NCBI GenBank assembly: GCA_965248695.1
Contig: CBDFKD010000002.1
Coordinates: forward strand, 5,024,001-5,088,000
Source of the DNA: Acidobacteriota bacterium
GTDB lineage: Bacteria; Acidobacteriota; UBA890; WLXD01
Length of the DNA: 64,000 nt
Direction of reading: 5' to 3'
Part shown: positions 38,953 through 47,582 of the stretch, in pieces
Layout: every line of letters starts with the position of its first letter
Position numbering within the stretch: the stretch's first letter is position 1
The notes under the pieces: model-generated
What the model was told of the DNA's origin: nothing
Databases searched by the model: none
The model's input: the letters and a program-made list of their open reading frames with translations, nothing else
Made by a program: the position numbers and the translations under genes

Positions 38953-39912
38953 CTATTTGCCTGCCACGGGCAGCGGCAGGCGCGACTGGATTGCCGTCAC
39001 TGCTGCTGCGGCGGCGGCGTGATGATTGTCCAGCAGAGCCCATAGCCAGCTGCCGCCGGTGTCGTCGTGGACATCACATACGTGGAGCCCGGAGCGACTG
39101 GCAACGCGCGCCGGCGAATCGATGATCTCACCATCGGCGTCGGTGGTGTCCACCAGGATTCCACCACTACGGAGCGTATCCCGCAGCTCATCGGCCGCCA
39201 CCCCACGAAGGTAGATGCTGGCCGCAGTACCGTGGAATACGGAAGCCCTCAGTGCCGTGAGAGCCGGCGCCGGAACTCCCAGGGCGGCGAGCTGCTGACG
39301 GATCGCTTCGGCGGCGCCCGCCGGCGGCGTGGCGTCGGGCCAGGTATCGAATGCGAGGCGGCGCCCGAAGGTCTCGTCCGTGCCGTCCCCGAAGTTGAGC
39401 ATTGCCGTGGCCTGCTTGGCCAGCTCCTCGGTGCCGGGGTCGGACAGCTCGGAGGCCGGAAGCATCAGGATTGCGACGCCGTTTGCGAGGCGCGCGCCGA
39501 TGCCGACCGACAGGGTGGCGAGCAGAAGCGTCCCAGCGTGCGGCACGGCGAGGAATCCGGTCGCTGCTGGACTGCCGGCCGCATCGATCAGCGTGACGTC
39601 TGCGGCGGAGGCGTGGGCACCGGTGCAATCGATGACCGTGCCACCAGCGGCGACCACCACGGGCGCGAACCGCTGCGTGGCTCCTGGATCACCACAGAAA
39701 CACACCAGCCCATGCTGGCGTAGGGAGTCCTCGCCGGCCTCCAGAACGACGCGGGCCTCGTTGCTGTACTTGGTTACCAGGCCGATCTGGTCTTCTAGAT
39801 CGAGGAGCTCGATGGCGCCGCCCGGGTAGCCGACCTGGGCGAGCATGTCCTTCAGGTCGCCGCCAAGGACGCTCGAGGAGCCTACCAAGGCCAGCGTTGC
39901 AGATGCACTCAT
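38953..39912 (-). CDS. Aspartate-semialdehyde dehydrogenase-like (Asd/USG) protein, degenerate
   Basis: LALVGSSSVLG, VIDCT, FGRRLAFD, SVFHG, WLWALLDN; catalytic Cys absent. Confidence 0.75.
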   Translation of the reverse strand: MSASATLALVGSSSVLGGDLKDMLAQVGYPGGAIELLDLEDQIGLVTKYSNEARVVLEAGEDSLRQHGLVCFCGDPGATQRFAPVVVAAGGTVIDCTGAHASAADVTLIDAAGSPAATGFLAVPHAGTLLLATLSVGIGARLANGVAILMLPASELSDPGTEELAKQATAMLNFGDGTDETFGRRLAFDTWPDATPPAGAAEAIRQQLAALGVPAPALTALRASVFHGTAASIYLRGVAADELRDTLRSGGILVDTTDADGEIIDSPARVASRSGLHVCDVHDDTGGSWLWALLDNHHAAAAAAVTAIQSRLPLPVAGK

Positions 39913-39945
39913 GCCTTGGTGAGCAGCCTTGTCGAGATCAGGACG

Positions 39946-40182
39946 TCAGTGTCCGATCTTGGCGAACTCCGTGTCGCGCGCCAACAGCGCCATGCGATCT
40001 TTGACCAGGAGCTTGCGCTTCTTGACGACGCTTTCTTCGAACCAATCCTGCTGGGTAAAAGGTCTTCGGTTGGCAATCTGCTCGAGTTGTTGCTCATACT
40101 GTCGATGCTCTTCATCCAAGCGCCTGAGTTCGTCGTCAGAGTTCGTCAGGCAGGCCCGGTGTTCGGTCTCGAGCAGCTCCAT
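39946..40182 (-). CDS. DUF465/YdcH-family coiled-coil protein
   Basis: RRLDEEHRQYEQQL...KKRKLLVKDRM. Confidence 0.8.
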   Translation of the reverse strand: MELLETEHRACLTNSDDELRRLDEEHRQYEQQLEQIANRRPFTQQDWFEESVVKKRKLLVKDRMALLARDTEFAKIGH

Positions 40183-40247
40183 ACCTATCCTCCTTGTTGC
40201 AGGTTGGAAGGCTGAGTCGCGCTATCGTACCACGCAGCCAGCCGGCC

Positions 40248-41000
40248 TCAATTCGAGTCTCGTGCCGTCGCATCGCTCTCCCGCCGCGCGGCAGTCTCGG
40301 CCATCTCGCGTAAGGGTGAGGGGCCGGGCACTGCGTCAGCTGGACGGATGTAAAAAGGCGCCAGGGCCGGCAGGCTGGCTGCGGCAGCGCGGGCTGCCAG
40401 CGTTGCAACGGCGATCGCCAGGGGCGCAGTATCCACCGGCCGCGTAGCCCCCACGAGGCGATCGTCGATCCGCGCACCGCTGCCCGCCGACACCGGTCGA
40501 ATGTCCTCGATCCGGGCGATCAGCTCGGGGGGCGTCACTAGCGCAGGGCCCCACTCGAAAGACATCCCGGCGGCCGGGAGGCTTTCGGCTGCGCTCAGTG
40601 CCGCGTAGAGCTGGCCGCGCCGCGCGTCGACCACCGCCAGCACCTGACCGGCGGCAGACTCGGCTGCCATGCCGGTCGCCTCGACCAAGGCCTCGAGCGT
40701 CGTAACGCCGACGGTGGCGGCGCCGATGCCCCTGGCCAGCCCAGCCGCCGTAGCGATGCCGACGCGAATTCCCGTGAAGGTCCCCGGGCCGATGCTGGAG
40801 GCAATGCGGTCGAGCTGTGCCAACGACAACCCAGCGGTCTCGAGGACGGATTCGATGCCATCGAGGATCCACGCGTCCGTCTGCGGCCCGAAGGGCCCGG
40901 TGGTGCTGGCGAGCACCTCACCACCGCGCACCAAGGCGACGCTGGCCGGTGGTGTGGCCGCGTCCAGGCCGAGGACGACAGGGCTCGACGATTCGGTCAT
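40248..41000 (-). CDS. tsaB: tRNA t6A biosynthesis protein TsaB
   Basis: VLGLDAAT, GPGTFTGIRVG, DARRGQLY, PFYIR. Confidence 0.93.
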   Translation of the reverse strand: MTESSSPVVLGLDAATPPASVALVRGGEVLASTTGPFGPQTDAWILDGIESVLETAGLSLAQLDRIASSIGPGTFTGIRVGIATAAGLARGIGAATVGVTTLEALVEATGMAAESAAGQVLAVVDARRGQLYAALSAAESLPAAGMSFEWGPALVTPPELIARIEDIRPVSAGSGARIDDRLVGATRPVDTAPLAIAVATLAARAAAASLPALAPFYIRPADAVPGPSPLREMAETAARRESDATARDSN

Positions 41001-41111
41001 CGTGCTCGGACCCGGACGACGGGCGCGGCGGTGGTTTGCGGCATGCGTGGTAACCTTCCGCTCCCGCTGCGATGCCGGCTCGGGCGCCCCGCCGCTACTG
41101 CATAAAGGATC

Positions 41112-43742
41112 ATGGCCGAAGCGTCGTCTCCGATGATGCGGCAGTACCATCGCATCAAAGCATCTCATCCCGATGCCATTCTGTTTTTCCGGCTCGGCGA
41201 TTTCTACGAGATGTTCTTCGATGATGCCGAGCTTGCCAGCGGGGTCCTGGATATTACCTTGACCGCTCGCGGCCGCGGTACGGCCAACGAAGCACCGATG
41301 TGCGGCGTCCCTCACCACAGCGCCGACGGCTACCTGGCGCGGTTGCTCGAAGCCGGTCACAAGGTCGCCATCGCCGAGCAGGTGGAAGAGGCGGCAAAGG
41401 CCAAAGGCATGGTGCGTCGCGAGGTCGTGCGTGTGCTGACGCCTGGCACCGTGGTCGAAGAAGATCTGCTCGACAGTCGCCGCAACAACTACGTGATCGC
41501 GGTGAGCGAACCCGGCGATAGGGTGGGCGTCGCGGCTCTGGACGTCTCCACCGGGGAGTTCATCGTTGCCGAGTTCGACGGCGAGAACCGCTTCATGCGC
41601 GCCCGCGAGGAGATCGGGCGCTGGGCACCGAGCGAGATCTGCCACGCCGAGTCGGACAATCCAGCCGCCTGGCTGGTACCCGAGGATCCGAGCCTGCCGA
41701 CGGTGCAGGGAATCCGCACCTGGAGCCCGTTAGCAGACTGGAATTTCGATACGGAGCGCGCTCGAGTAGGGCTGTGTGAGCACTTCGCCGTTGCGACGCT
41801 CGACGGGTTCGACCTCGGCGACTGCGATGCCGGTGTGGCGGCTGCTGGCGCCCTGCTGCGGTACGCCTCGGAGGAGAGTCACAAGGCGCCGTTGGGCCAT
41901 GTTCGATCGATGCGCCGCTATCGCGGTCGCGACGTGCTGCAGCTCGACGATGTCACGCGGCGATCGCTCGAGCTCACCGCGTCGTGGCAGCAGGGCGGGC
42001 GTGAGGGCTCGCTGTTGGCAGTGCTCGATCGGTCGGCGACCGCGATGGGTGGACGCCGGCTGCGACAGTGGCTGCTGCGGCCACTGCGCGATCCACAGTT
42101 GATCGATGCGCGCCTCGAAGTAGTGGACCGTCTGGTGTCAGCCGTGCGATTACGTGACGGTATTCGTGACGCGCTGCGGGCGGTGCATGACCTCGAACGC
42201 CTCACGACGCGGATCACGATCGGCTCGGCCACTCCACGCGACCTGTATGCGCTGCGAACCTCGCTCGAGGCGCTGCCCGCGGTCGTGGACGGGCTCGGTG
42301 AGCTGACAGGCGCGCGGCTAGGCAATGAGTTGGCCGGGCGGCTCGATCGGTGCGAAGACATCGCCCACACCGTGGCCGCCCGTCTGGTGGACGAGCCGCC
42401 TGTCAGCCTCGGCGCTGGCGAGGTGATGCGCGAAGGCTGTGACGCGCAGCTGGATGTGCTGCGGCGCTCGCGGGCGGAGGGCAAAGGGTTCATCGCCTCG
42501 CTCGAGGCGACGGAGCGCGAGCGCACCGGCATCGCGTCGCTCAAGGTGCGTTTCAACAAAGTGTTCGGCTACTTCATCGAGGTGTCCAAGGCGAATCTCG
42601 CCAAGGTTCCGGACAACTACCATCGCAAGCAGACGCTCACCAACGCCGAGCGCTTCATTACTCCGGAGCTCAAGGAATTCGAGGAGACCGTGCTCGGTGC
42701 CGAGGACAAGATTGCGGCACTTGAGCTGGAGCTATTCGGCGCACTGCGACAGGAGATCGGCGCTGAGGCGGAAAGGCTACGGCGCACGGCCGACGTGCTC
42801 GCCAGCCTCGACGCGCTGGCGGCGCTGGCGGATGGTGCCGCGCGAGCCGGATGGGTGCGGCCAGTAGTTGACGATGGGCTCGTCCTGGAGGTTCACGGCG
42901 GGCGGCATCCTGTGGTCGAGGCGTTACAACCCGACGTGCGCTTCACGCCGAACGACGCCTATCTGGACGGCGCCGAGCATCGCATCAAGCTGGTCACCGG
43001 ACCCAACATGGGCGGCAAGTCGACGTACTTGCGCCAGGTTGCGTTGATCGTGATTCTGGCGCAGATGGGGAGCTTCGTCCCGGCCGAGGCGGCTCGTGTC
43101 GGTGTCGTTGATCGAGTGTTCACGCGTGTCGGGGCGAGCGACAATCTGGCACGGGGCGCCTCGACGTTCCTGGTGGAGATGCAGGAAACTGCCAACATCC
43201 TGAACAACGCCACGCCGCGCAGCCTTATCCTGCTCGACGAGGTGGGGCGAGGCACGAGCACCTACGATGGCCTGTCGATTGCGTGGGCGGTGATAGAGCA
43301 TTTGCACGACACTGCCGAGCTCGCCTCACGCACCTTGTTTGCGACTCACTATCACGAGCTGACGGAGCTGGAGGAGCGTCTGGGCGGGCTTACCAACCTG
43401 AGTGTTGCCGTACATGAGTCCGGCGCCGGGGTGGTCTTCTTGCATCGAGTCGAGTCGGGGGCCGCGGACCGATCGTACGGTATCCATGTGGGGCGACTCG
43501 CGGGGCTGCCGTTACCCGTGGTGGCGCGGGCTGAAGAGATTCTCGCGCAGCTCGAAGGACACGAGAAAGGGGTGCCGGAACCTCGGGAAAGCGGGCGTAG
43601 CGCGCCGCAGATGAGCCTCTTCGCGCCGCAGCACCCGCTGACCGACGCGCTGGCCCAGCTGCAGCCGGAATCGATGACGCCGTTGGAGGCGCTGCAACTG
43701 CTGAGTCGCTGGAAGCAGAAGTACGGCGCCGAACCGGATTGA
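41112..43742 (+). CDS. mutS: DNA mismatch repair protein MutS
   Basis: PMMRQY, FRLGDFYEMF, TGPNMGGKST, STFLVEM, DEVGRGT, SYGI. Confidence 0.98.
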   Translation: MAEASSPMMRQYHRIKASHPDAILFFRLGDFYEMFFDDAELASGVLDITLTARGRGTANEAPMCGVPHHSADGYLARLLEAGHKVAIAEQVEEAAKAKGMVRREVVRVLTPGTVVEEDLLDSRRNNYVIAVSEPGDRVGVAALDVSTGEFIVAEFDGENRFMRAREEIGRWAPSEICHAESDNPAAWLVPEDPSLPTVQGIRTWSPLADWNFDTERARVGLCEHFAVATLDGFDLGDCDAGVAAAGALLRYASEESHKAPLGHVRSMRRYRGRDVLQLDDVTRRSLELTASWQQGGREGSLLAVLDRSATAMGGRRLRQWLLRPLRDPQLIDARLEVVDRLVSAVRLRDGIRDALRAVHDLERLTTRITIGSATPRDLYALRTSLEALPAVVDGLGELTGARLGNELAGRLDRCEDIAHTVAARLVDEPPVSLGAGEVMREGCDAQLDVLRRSRAEGKGFIASLEATERERTGIASLKVRFNKVFGYFIEVSKANLAKVPDNYHRKQTLTNAERFITPELKEFEETVLGAEDKIAALELELFGALRQEIGAEAERLRRTADVLASLDALAALADGAARAGWVRPVVDDGLVLEVHGGRHPVVEALQPDVRFTPNDAYLDGAEHRIKLVTGPNMGGKSTYLRQVALIVILAQMGSFVPAEAARVGVVDRVFTRVGASDNLARGASTFLVEMQETANILNNATPRSLILLDEVGRGTSTYDGLSIAWAVIEHLHDTAELASRTLFATHYHELTELEERLGGLTNLSVAVHESGAGVVFLHRVESGAADRSYGIHVGRLAGLPLPVVARAEEILAQLEGHEKGVPEPRESGRSAPQMSLFAPQHPLTDALAQLQPESMTPLEALQLLSRWKQKYGAEPD

Positions 43743-43744
43743 CG

Positions 43745-44881
43745 ATGAATCTGGCGCTCGGGCTGATATCGGGGACTTCGATGGACGGCATCGACGTGGC
43801 ACTCATCGGCTGCGATGGCGGTGCCGCGGCGTTGCCGACGCTTGCCGGCTTCCGAACGCAGCCGTACGAGCCGGGATTGAGCGCCGAGCTGCGCCTGTGC
43901 CAGGAACACGGTGACATCGCCCACCTGGCGCGATTGAACGTCGCCGTCGGTGAGGCCTTCGCCGACGCTGCGCTCGCTCTGCTCGATGAGCTCTCAGTGA
44001 GTGCCGAAGAGGTGTGCTGCATCGGCTCCCACGGCCAGACTCTGGTGCACCTTCCGGAGGCAGTCGAGGTCGGCGGCCAGGTGGTGCGCGCGACGCTGCA
44101 GATCGGCGACGCTGCGGTTATCGCGGCACGCACCGGCATTCCGACGGTGGCGGATTTCCGCTCGATGGACATGGCTCTGGGTGGAGAGGGAGCCCCGCTG
44201 GTGCCATTGCTCGACTGGCGCCTGTATCGCCACGCCAGCCGTGGGCGCGTGCTGTTGAACATCGGCGGGGTAGCGAACGTCACCGGGCTGTCGCCAGACG
44301 CGCCGCTCGAGTCGGTGATCGCCTTCGATACCGGGCCCGGCAATGCGCTGCTCGACGCGGTCGCGCGACAGCGGGACCTACCCGGCGGCATGGACGTCGA
44401 CGGGTCGCTGGCGGTATCCGGGCAGGTCGTCCCTGATCTGTTGGAAGTGCTGCTGGCCGACGGCTACTACGCCCGTACGCCGCCTAAGTCAGCCGACGCC
44501 AGACAGTTCGTGTCCCGCCTCGACGACGACACGGTCTCGCAGCTCGCCACTGCCGACGTCCTCGCCACGCTGGCGGAACTGACGGTAACCTCCGTGGCGG
44601 AAGCGGTGGATCGATGGCTTGCGCCCCACCAGCCGATCGACGAGGTGCTCGTGGCAGGCGGGGGATGCCACAATCGGGCCCTCATGCAGGGTCTCCGGGA
44701 GCGCTTCTCCAGCGTCGAACCGCTGCCAGCCGAAGACGGGATTGCGCCCGACGCGAAGGAAGCGGCAGCCTTCGCCGTGCTGGCGCTGGAGACACTCGCC
44801 GGGCGCCCGGGAAATGTTCCGAGCGCCACCGGTGCGTCGAAGGCGGCGGTGCTCGGAACGGTCACTAGGCCACCCGGATAG
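43745..44881 (+). CDS. anmK: Anhydro-N-acetylmuramic acid kinase
   Basis: SGTSMDGID, GSHGQT, GGEGAPLVP, FDTGPGN, KEAAAFA. Confidence 0.95.
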   Translation: MNLALGLISGTSMDGIDVALIGCDGGAAALPTLAGFRTQPYEPGLSAELRLCQEHGDIAHLARLNVAVGEAFADAALALLDELSVSAEEVCCIGSHGQTLVHLPEAVEVGGQVVRATLQIGDAAVIAARTGIPTVADFRSMDMALGGEGAPLVPLLDWRLYRHASRGRVLLNIGGVANVTGLSPDAPLESVIAFDTGPGNALLDAVARQRDLPGGMDVDGSLAVSGQVVPDLLEVLLADGYYARTPPKSADARQFVSRLDDDTVSQLATADVLATLAELTVTSVAEAVDRWLAPHQPIDEVLVAGGGCHNRALMQGLRERFSSVEPLPAEDGIAPDAKEAAAFAVLALETLAGRPGNVPSATGASKAAVLGTVTRPPG

Positions 44882-44966
44882 CGGCGTATCGAGGCGGATT
44901 TCGTGGCCAGAGCCAACCTGGGGTGCGTGGTACCATCGAGGCTTCCGCAGCCCCAGGAGGTGGGCG

Positions 44967-45947
44967 ATGCCTGCTCTCGAGCCAACGCCGTACATGTGGC
45001 ACAACGGCAAGCTGATCCCGTGGGCCGAAGCGACGGTTCACGTCGGTACCCACGCGCTGCACTACGGCTCTTCGGTATTCGAAGGAATCCGCTGCTACAA
45101 GACCGAGCGCGGCCCGGCGGTCTTCCGCCTGCCGGAGCACGCCCGCCGTCTGGTTGACTCGGCGCGCATCTATAGGATGGATCTCGACTACGACGCCGAG
45201 CAGCTGGCCGAGGCCTGTCTGGAGACCATCCGTGCCAACGAGATGGAGCACTGCTACATCCGCCCGATCACGTTTCGCGGCTACCATTCGCTCGGCGTCG
45301 ACCCGCTCCCGTGCCCGCTCGAGACGTACATCATGGTGTGGGAGTGGGGCGCCTATCTCGGGGAGGAAGCGCTCGAGTCGGGCGCCGATCTGAAGGTGTC
45401 GTCGTGGAATCGGATGGCTCCCAACACGCTGCCCTTCATGGCCAAGGCCGGCGCCAATTACATGAACTCGCAGCTCGTGAAGATGGAGGCGCTTTCGGAG
45501 GGCTTCGCCGAGGCGATCGCGCTGACTCCCGATGGGTTGGTGTCGGAAGGCAGCGGCGAGAACGTCTTCATCGTTCGCGACGAGATCGTTCACACTCCCA
45601 GCACGGCGGCGTCGATTCTCCCCGGGATCACCCGTGATTGCGTCATCACGCTCGCCCGCGACCTCGGCTTCGAGGTGCGCGAAACTGCCATCCCCCGCGA
45701 GATGCTGTACGTCGCTGACGAAGTCTTCATGAGCGGGACGGCCGCCGAGATCACGCCGGTCCGATCGATCGATCGCATCCAGATCGGGGCTGGCCAGCGC
45801 GGTCCGGTGACGGCTCAGATCCAGCGGCACTTCTTCGAAATCGTTCAGGGGCGAACGGACGATCTGTACGGCTGGCTGACGGCAGTGTACCCGGATGCTG
45901 GCGATCCACGCGCGGAGGCAATGGCGGGCGAGAGCTCGGTGGCCTGA
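44967..45947 (+). CDS. ilvE: Branched-chain amino acid aminotransferase
   Basis: HALHYGSSVFEGIRCY, AKAGANYMNSQL, EGSGEN, LPGITR, GTAAEITP. Confidence 0.96.
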   Translation: MPALEPTPYMWHNGKLIPWAEATVHVGTHALHYGSSVFEGIRCYKTERGPAVFRLPEHARRLVDSARIYRMDLDYDAEQLAEACLETIRANEMEHCYIRPITFRGYHSLGVDPLPCPLETYIMVWEWGAYLGEEALESGADLKVSSWNRMAPNTLPFMAKAGANYMNSQLVKMEALSEGFAEAIALTPDGLVSEGSGENVFIVRDEIVHTPSTAASILPGITRDCVITLARDLGFEVRETAIPREMLYVADEVFMSGTAAEITPVRSIDRIQIGAGQRGPVTAQIQRHFFEIVQGRTDDLYGWLTAVYPDAGDPRAEAMAGESSVA

Positions 45948-45957
45948 GGACAGCGAC

Positions 45958-47079
45958 ATGGATCTCGATACCCTTCTCTGGGAGGCTGTTGATCGTGGTG
46001 CCTCCGATCTCCACCTGCGAGCCGGTAGTCCACCGATGCTCCGTGTCGACGGCGAGATCGAGCCGGTAGACGAAGAGCAGGCGCTGACGTCGGCAGATAC
46101 CGCCGCCGTGGCGAAGGAAATCCTCAAGGACCACCACGTCAACCTGGAGGCCATGCGGGAGGTCGACGTCGGCTACGCGGTTCGGGAGTTGGGCCGCTTT
46201 CGCGTCAACTTGTTCACCAACAGCGGCCAGGTCGGCATCGTGCTGCGGATCATGCCGCCGGAACCGCTCGGACTGGACGAGCTCAACCTGCCCCCGGTAC
46301 TGGCCAAGGTCGCCAGCGAAAACCGCGGGCTCGTGCTGGTAACCGGCGTAACCGGCAGCGGTAAGTCGACCACCCTGGCCGCGATGATCGACCATATCAA
46401 TCGCAATCGGTGCCGCCACATCATCACGATCGAGGATCCGATCGAGTACGTTCACATCGACAGAAACAGTCTGATCACACAACGTCAGCTCGGACTCGAC
46501 ACCAACTCGTTTGCCGACGCGTTGCGCGCAGCGCTGCGGCAGGATCCGGACGTGATCCTCATCGGTGAGATGCGCGACCGCGAGACCATCGATGCGGCGG
46601 TGCTCGCCGCCGAGACCGGCCACCTGGTGTTCTCGACACTGCACACGGTCGACGCGCCGGAAACCCTCAACCGCATCCTGTCGACATACCCGCCGTACCA
46701 GCAGGAGCAGGTACGTACCCAGCTGGCGGATGTCCTCCGGTCCGTCATCTCACAGCGGCTCTTGACGCGTATCGACGGCGAGGGGCTAGTGCCGGCGGTC
46801 GAGGTGTTGATCAACTCGAAGTTCGTTTCCGAGTGCATCCGCGACGTCAAGCGAGCGCAGAAGATCCGCGACGCGATGAGCGAGGGAGGGGAGCGATACG
46901 GGATGCAGACGTTCGATCAGTCGATCCTCTCGCTTTGTCAACGCGAGCTCATCTCCGAGGAGGTCGCCGTGGCCGCCGCTACGGTGCCGAGCGATCTGAA
47001 GTTGCAGCTGCGCGGCATCGTTTCGGGGATCGACCCCGGACGCGGTGGTCAGGGGAGCGGCTCGACACGGTCCGGTTGA
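45958..47079 (+). CDS. pilT: PilT/PilU-family type IV pilus ATPase
   Basis: ASDLHL, GVTGSGKSTT, TIEDPIE, LRQDPDVILIGEMRD, ETGHLVFSTLHT. Confidence 0.92.
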   Translation: MDLDTLLWEAVDRGASDLHLRAGSPPMLRVDGEIEPVDEEQALTSADTAAVAKEILKDHHVNLEAMREVDVGYAVRELGRFRVNLFTNSGQVGIVLRIMPPEPLGLDELNLPPVLAKVASENRGLVLVTGVTGSGKSTTLAAMIDHINRNRCRHIITIEDPIEYVHIDRNSLITQRQLGLDTNSFADALRAALRQDPDVILIGEMRDRETIDAAVLAAETGHLVFSTLHTVDAPETLNRILSTYPPYQQEQVRTQLADVLRSVISQRLLTRIDGEGLVPAVEVLINSKFVSECIRDVKRAQKIRDAMSEGGERYGMQTFDQSILSLCQRELISEEVAVAAATVPSDLKLQLRGIVSGIDPGRGGQGSGSTRSG

Positions 47080-47558
47080 GCCCCAAGCACAAGCGCACGG
47101 CGTTTGCCGACGCACTGCGGATCATCGGCCTTCGCGATCTGTCGCAGCGTCGACTCCGAGAGAAGCTGTTGGCGCGCGACTACGCCCCGGACGAGGTCGA
47201 TGCCGCGGTGGCGCGTTGTGTCGAGCTCGGCTATGTCAACGATCACTCGTTCGGAGTCGACCGTGCAGGTGCGGTTCTCCGGCGGCGGCCGTGCGGTCGG
47301 TTGGGGCTACAGCGTGACTTGCAGCGACAGGGTCTGCCTCGGACAATGATCAACCGGGTGGTCGATGAGGCCTACGAAGAGGCTGGTGGTGAGCATGCCG
47401 TGCTTGCCGATGCCGTGCGTCGGTGGATAGAGCGTAACGGCGACCCGGTCGATTGGCCGGCCATCCGTCGGTGCTCGACTCACCTTGGGCGGCGTGGTTT
47501 CGCGGGGGGCGACGTCCAAGCGGCGCTTTCCCATTGGTTAGCGGCCTGTAGCAGATGA
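47076..47558 (+). CDS. recX: Regulatory protein RecX
   Basis: LREKL, LGYVND, GRLGLQRDLQRQG, LGRRGF; lies before alaS. Confidence 0.8.
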   Translation: MSPKHKRTAFADALRIIGLRDLSQRRLREKLLARDYAPDEVDAAVARCVELGYVNDHSFGVDRAGAVLRRRPCGRLGLQRDLQRQGLPRTMINRVVDEAYEEAGGEHAVLADAVRRWIERNGDPVDWPAIRRCSTHLGRRGFAGGDVQAALSHWLAACSR

Positions 47559-47582
47559 TGTGACCACCGGAGGGCAGCTTCC

